This document shows positions 12,207 through 12,995 of a stretch of DNA of 12,995 nucleotides, piece by piece. The notes beneath the pieces were generated by a model. It was not told the origin of the DNA. It saw nothing but the letters and a program-made list of their open reading frames with translations, and ran no database searches. Where the stretch lies: the IMG/VR virus record IMGVR_UViG_3300022561_000567, positions 1-12,995 of that record. The stretch is one strand, 5' to 3'. The position numbers and the translations under genes were made by a program. The DNA comes from a virus. Position 1 is the stretch's first letter. The number at the start of each line of letters is the position of its first letter.

Positions 12207-12758
12207 CTAGACTGGATTTATACTAATTATCTTATTTAATCGTTTTATTTCAAGTTTCAATATTTCATTTTGTTCTAAAAGCTTTTCAGTACTTTTTTTA
12301 TAAAAATCTTTTTCTTCAATGATTTTAACAAAATCACGACCAGCTTCCCAATAATAATTCTGCCATAATTCAAAGAGTTTTCTTGATTTAATTCTTTCAT
12401 CCGCTGTCAGATAATCGCAGCTTTCTAAAAGATAATTATGATTAATTTCGGCTTGATCAATTTTTTTATCAATAACATCAATAAGTTCGTTTCTTGTGTA
12501 GCTACGCCCCTTGCGGCCGATAGGCAATATTTTTGACATTTCATCAATAGATATGCTTTCCATTTTCATTAACCACCATGAAGCAAAGAAACATTCAGCC
12601 GTATTATCAGGATAATCACTGAACCGACCTACTCCCCTACCTGTTGATCCACGCTCCGGAGCTGGTATTAGTTCAGCTTTTTCATATCTTAGTAGTGTGC
12701 TTCTACTAGTTTTAACACCCATTTTTATTAGCTTTTGTAAAACTTCTTCAGGACTCAT
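12207..12758 (-). CDS. MerR-type HTH regulator with a C-terminal coiled coil (candidate master repressor)
   Basis: 183-aa ORF with an AGGGGTGAGG RBS. The N-terminus, VKTSRSTLLRYEKAELIPAPERGSTGRGVGRFSDY, follows the MerR HTH-wing pattern (tlRyYek.GLi.p.r...g.R.Y). The C-terminal end is a heptad-like coiled coil (KSTEKLLEQNEILKLEIKRLNKII). Confidence 0.75.
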   Translation of the reverse strand: MSPEEVLQKLIKMGVKTSRSTLLRYEKAELIPAPERGSTGRGVGRFSDYPDNTAECFFASWWLMKMESISIDEMSKILPIGRKGRSYTRNELIDVIDKKIDQAEINHNYLLESCDYLTADERIKSRKLFELWQNYYWEAGRDFVKIIEEKDFYKKSTEKLLEQNEILKLEIKRLNKIISINPV

Positions 12759-12771
12759 AACCTCACCCCTT

Positions 12772-12823
12772 TATACTAATCATTTGATGAGTATAATATA
12801 ACATAATAAAAATACATGTGCAA
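12772..12823 (-). promoter_or_regulatory. Promoter of the MerR-type regulator with an overlapping 27-bp palindromic operator
   Basis: On the minus strand, TTGCAC (plus 12818-12823), a 17-nt spacer, then TATATT (plus 12795-12800). The operator tatactaatcatttgatgagtataata (12772-12798) overlaps the -10 and the start site, which is consistent with autoregulation. Confidence 0.6.
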
Positions 12824-12868
12824 GTCTTTTAGATTAAGTATTTGATTTGTATTAAATTAATGATCAGT

Positions 12869-12995
12869 TTAGTACCGGGCCGTGGATATATTGATATATG
12901 GACAGCTCAAAACCGTATATTGACCTGACCACATACCAACATAACCACAACCCCTACAGGCTACGATTTTTATAATTTTCCCAAGAACTGGGGAA
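12869..12995. repeat. Terminal direct repeat, copy 2 (identical to 1-127)
   Basis: Same 127-nt string as 1-127. The unique length is therefore 12,868 bp. Confidence 0.95.

Noticed and set aside
1-12995. tRNA, tmRNA or rRNA genes
   Set aside because: I scanned for T-loop-like GGTTCGAATCC-type motifs, CCA-ended acceptor stems and a tmRNA 5' GGGG...3' CCACCA signature. I found none on either strand. A tRNAscan or Infernal run would be definitive.

Overview
Positions 1-127 are repeated exactly at 12869-12995. The window therefore reads as one complete 12,868-bp circular or terminally redundant replicon, not a chromosomal slice. Nearly all coding is on the minus strand and resembles a phage satellite or mini-phage. 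In minus-strand order it has a MerR-type regulator (12207-12758), a small basic ORF, a VapE/VirE-type P-loop replication helicase (10467-11933), an iteron origin (10230-10481) and two small ORFs. These are followed by an HK97-family portal (8481-9704), an HK97-fold major capsid protein (7131-8327), a TP901-type tape-measure protein (4425-6863), and a block of small HTH/RHH regulators (874-2218). I could not recognise an integrase, a small or large terminase, a prohead protease, head-tail connectors, or any tail gene other than the tape measure. The accessory part holds the unusual content. (i) A GC-richer, hairpin-dense, apparently non-coding stretch of about 420-570 nt on the plus strand (about 193-765) ends in a strong intrinsic terminator. 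I read it as a large structured RNA of unknown class, possibly followed by a second small RNA. (ii) An orphan PemK/MazF-family toxin gene (2646-3257) has an acidic N-terminal extension of about 60 aa and no antitoxin ORF. It is followed on the same strand by four units of a conserved 12-mer plus a variable hairpin whose pairing is preserved (3305-3488). (iii) A 630-bp non-coding hub (3258-3888) carries GGCGGA/GGACGGA repeats and a possible 36-aa hydrophobic peptide gene. All functional calls rest on motif recognition by eye and hand folding. No database search was run.
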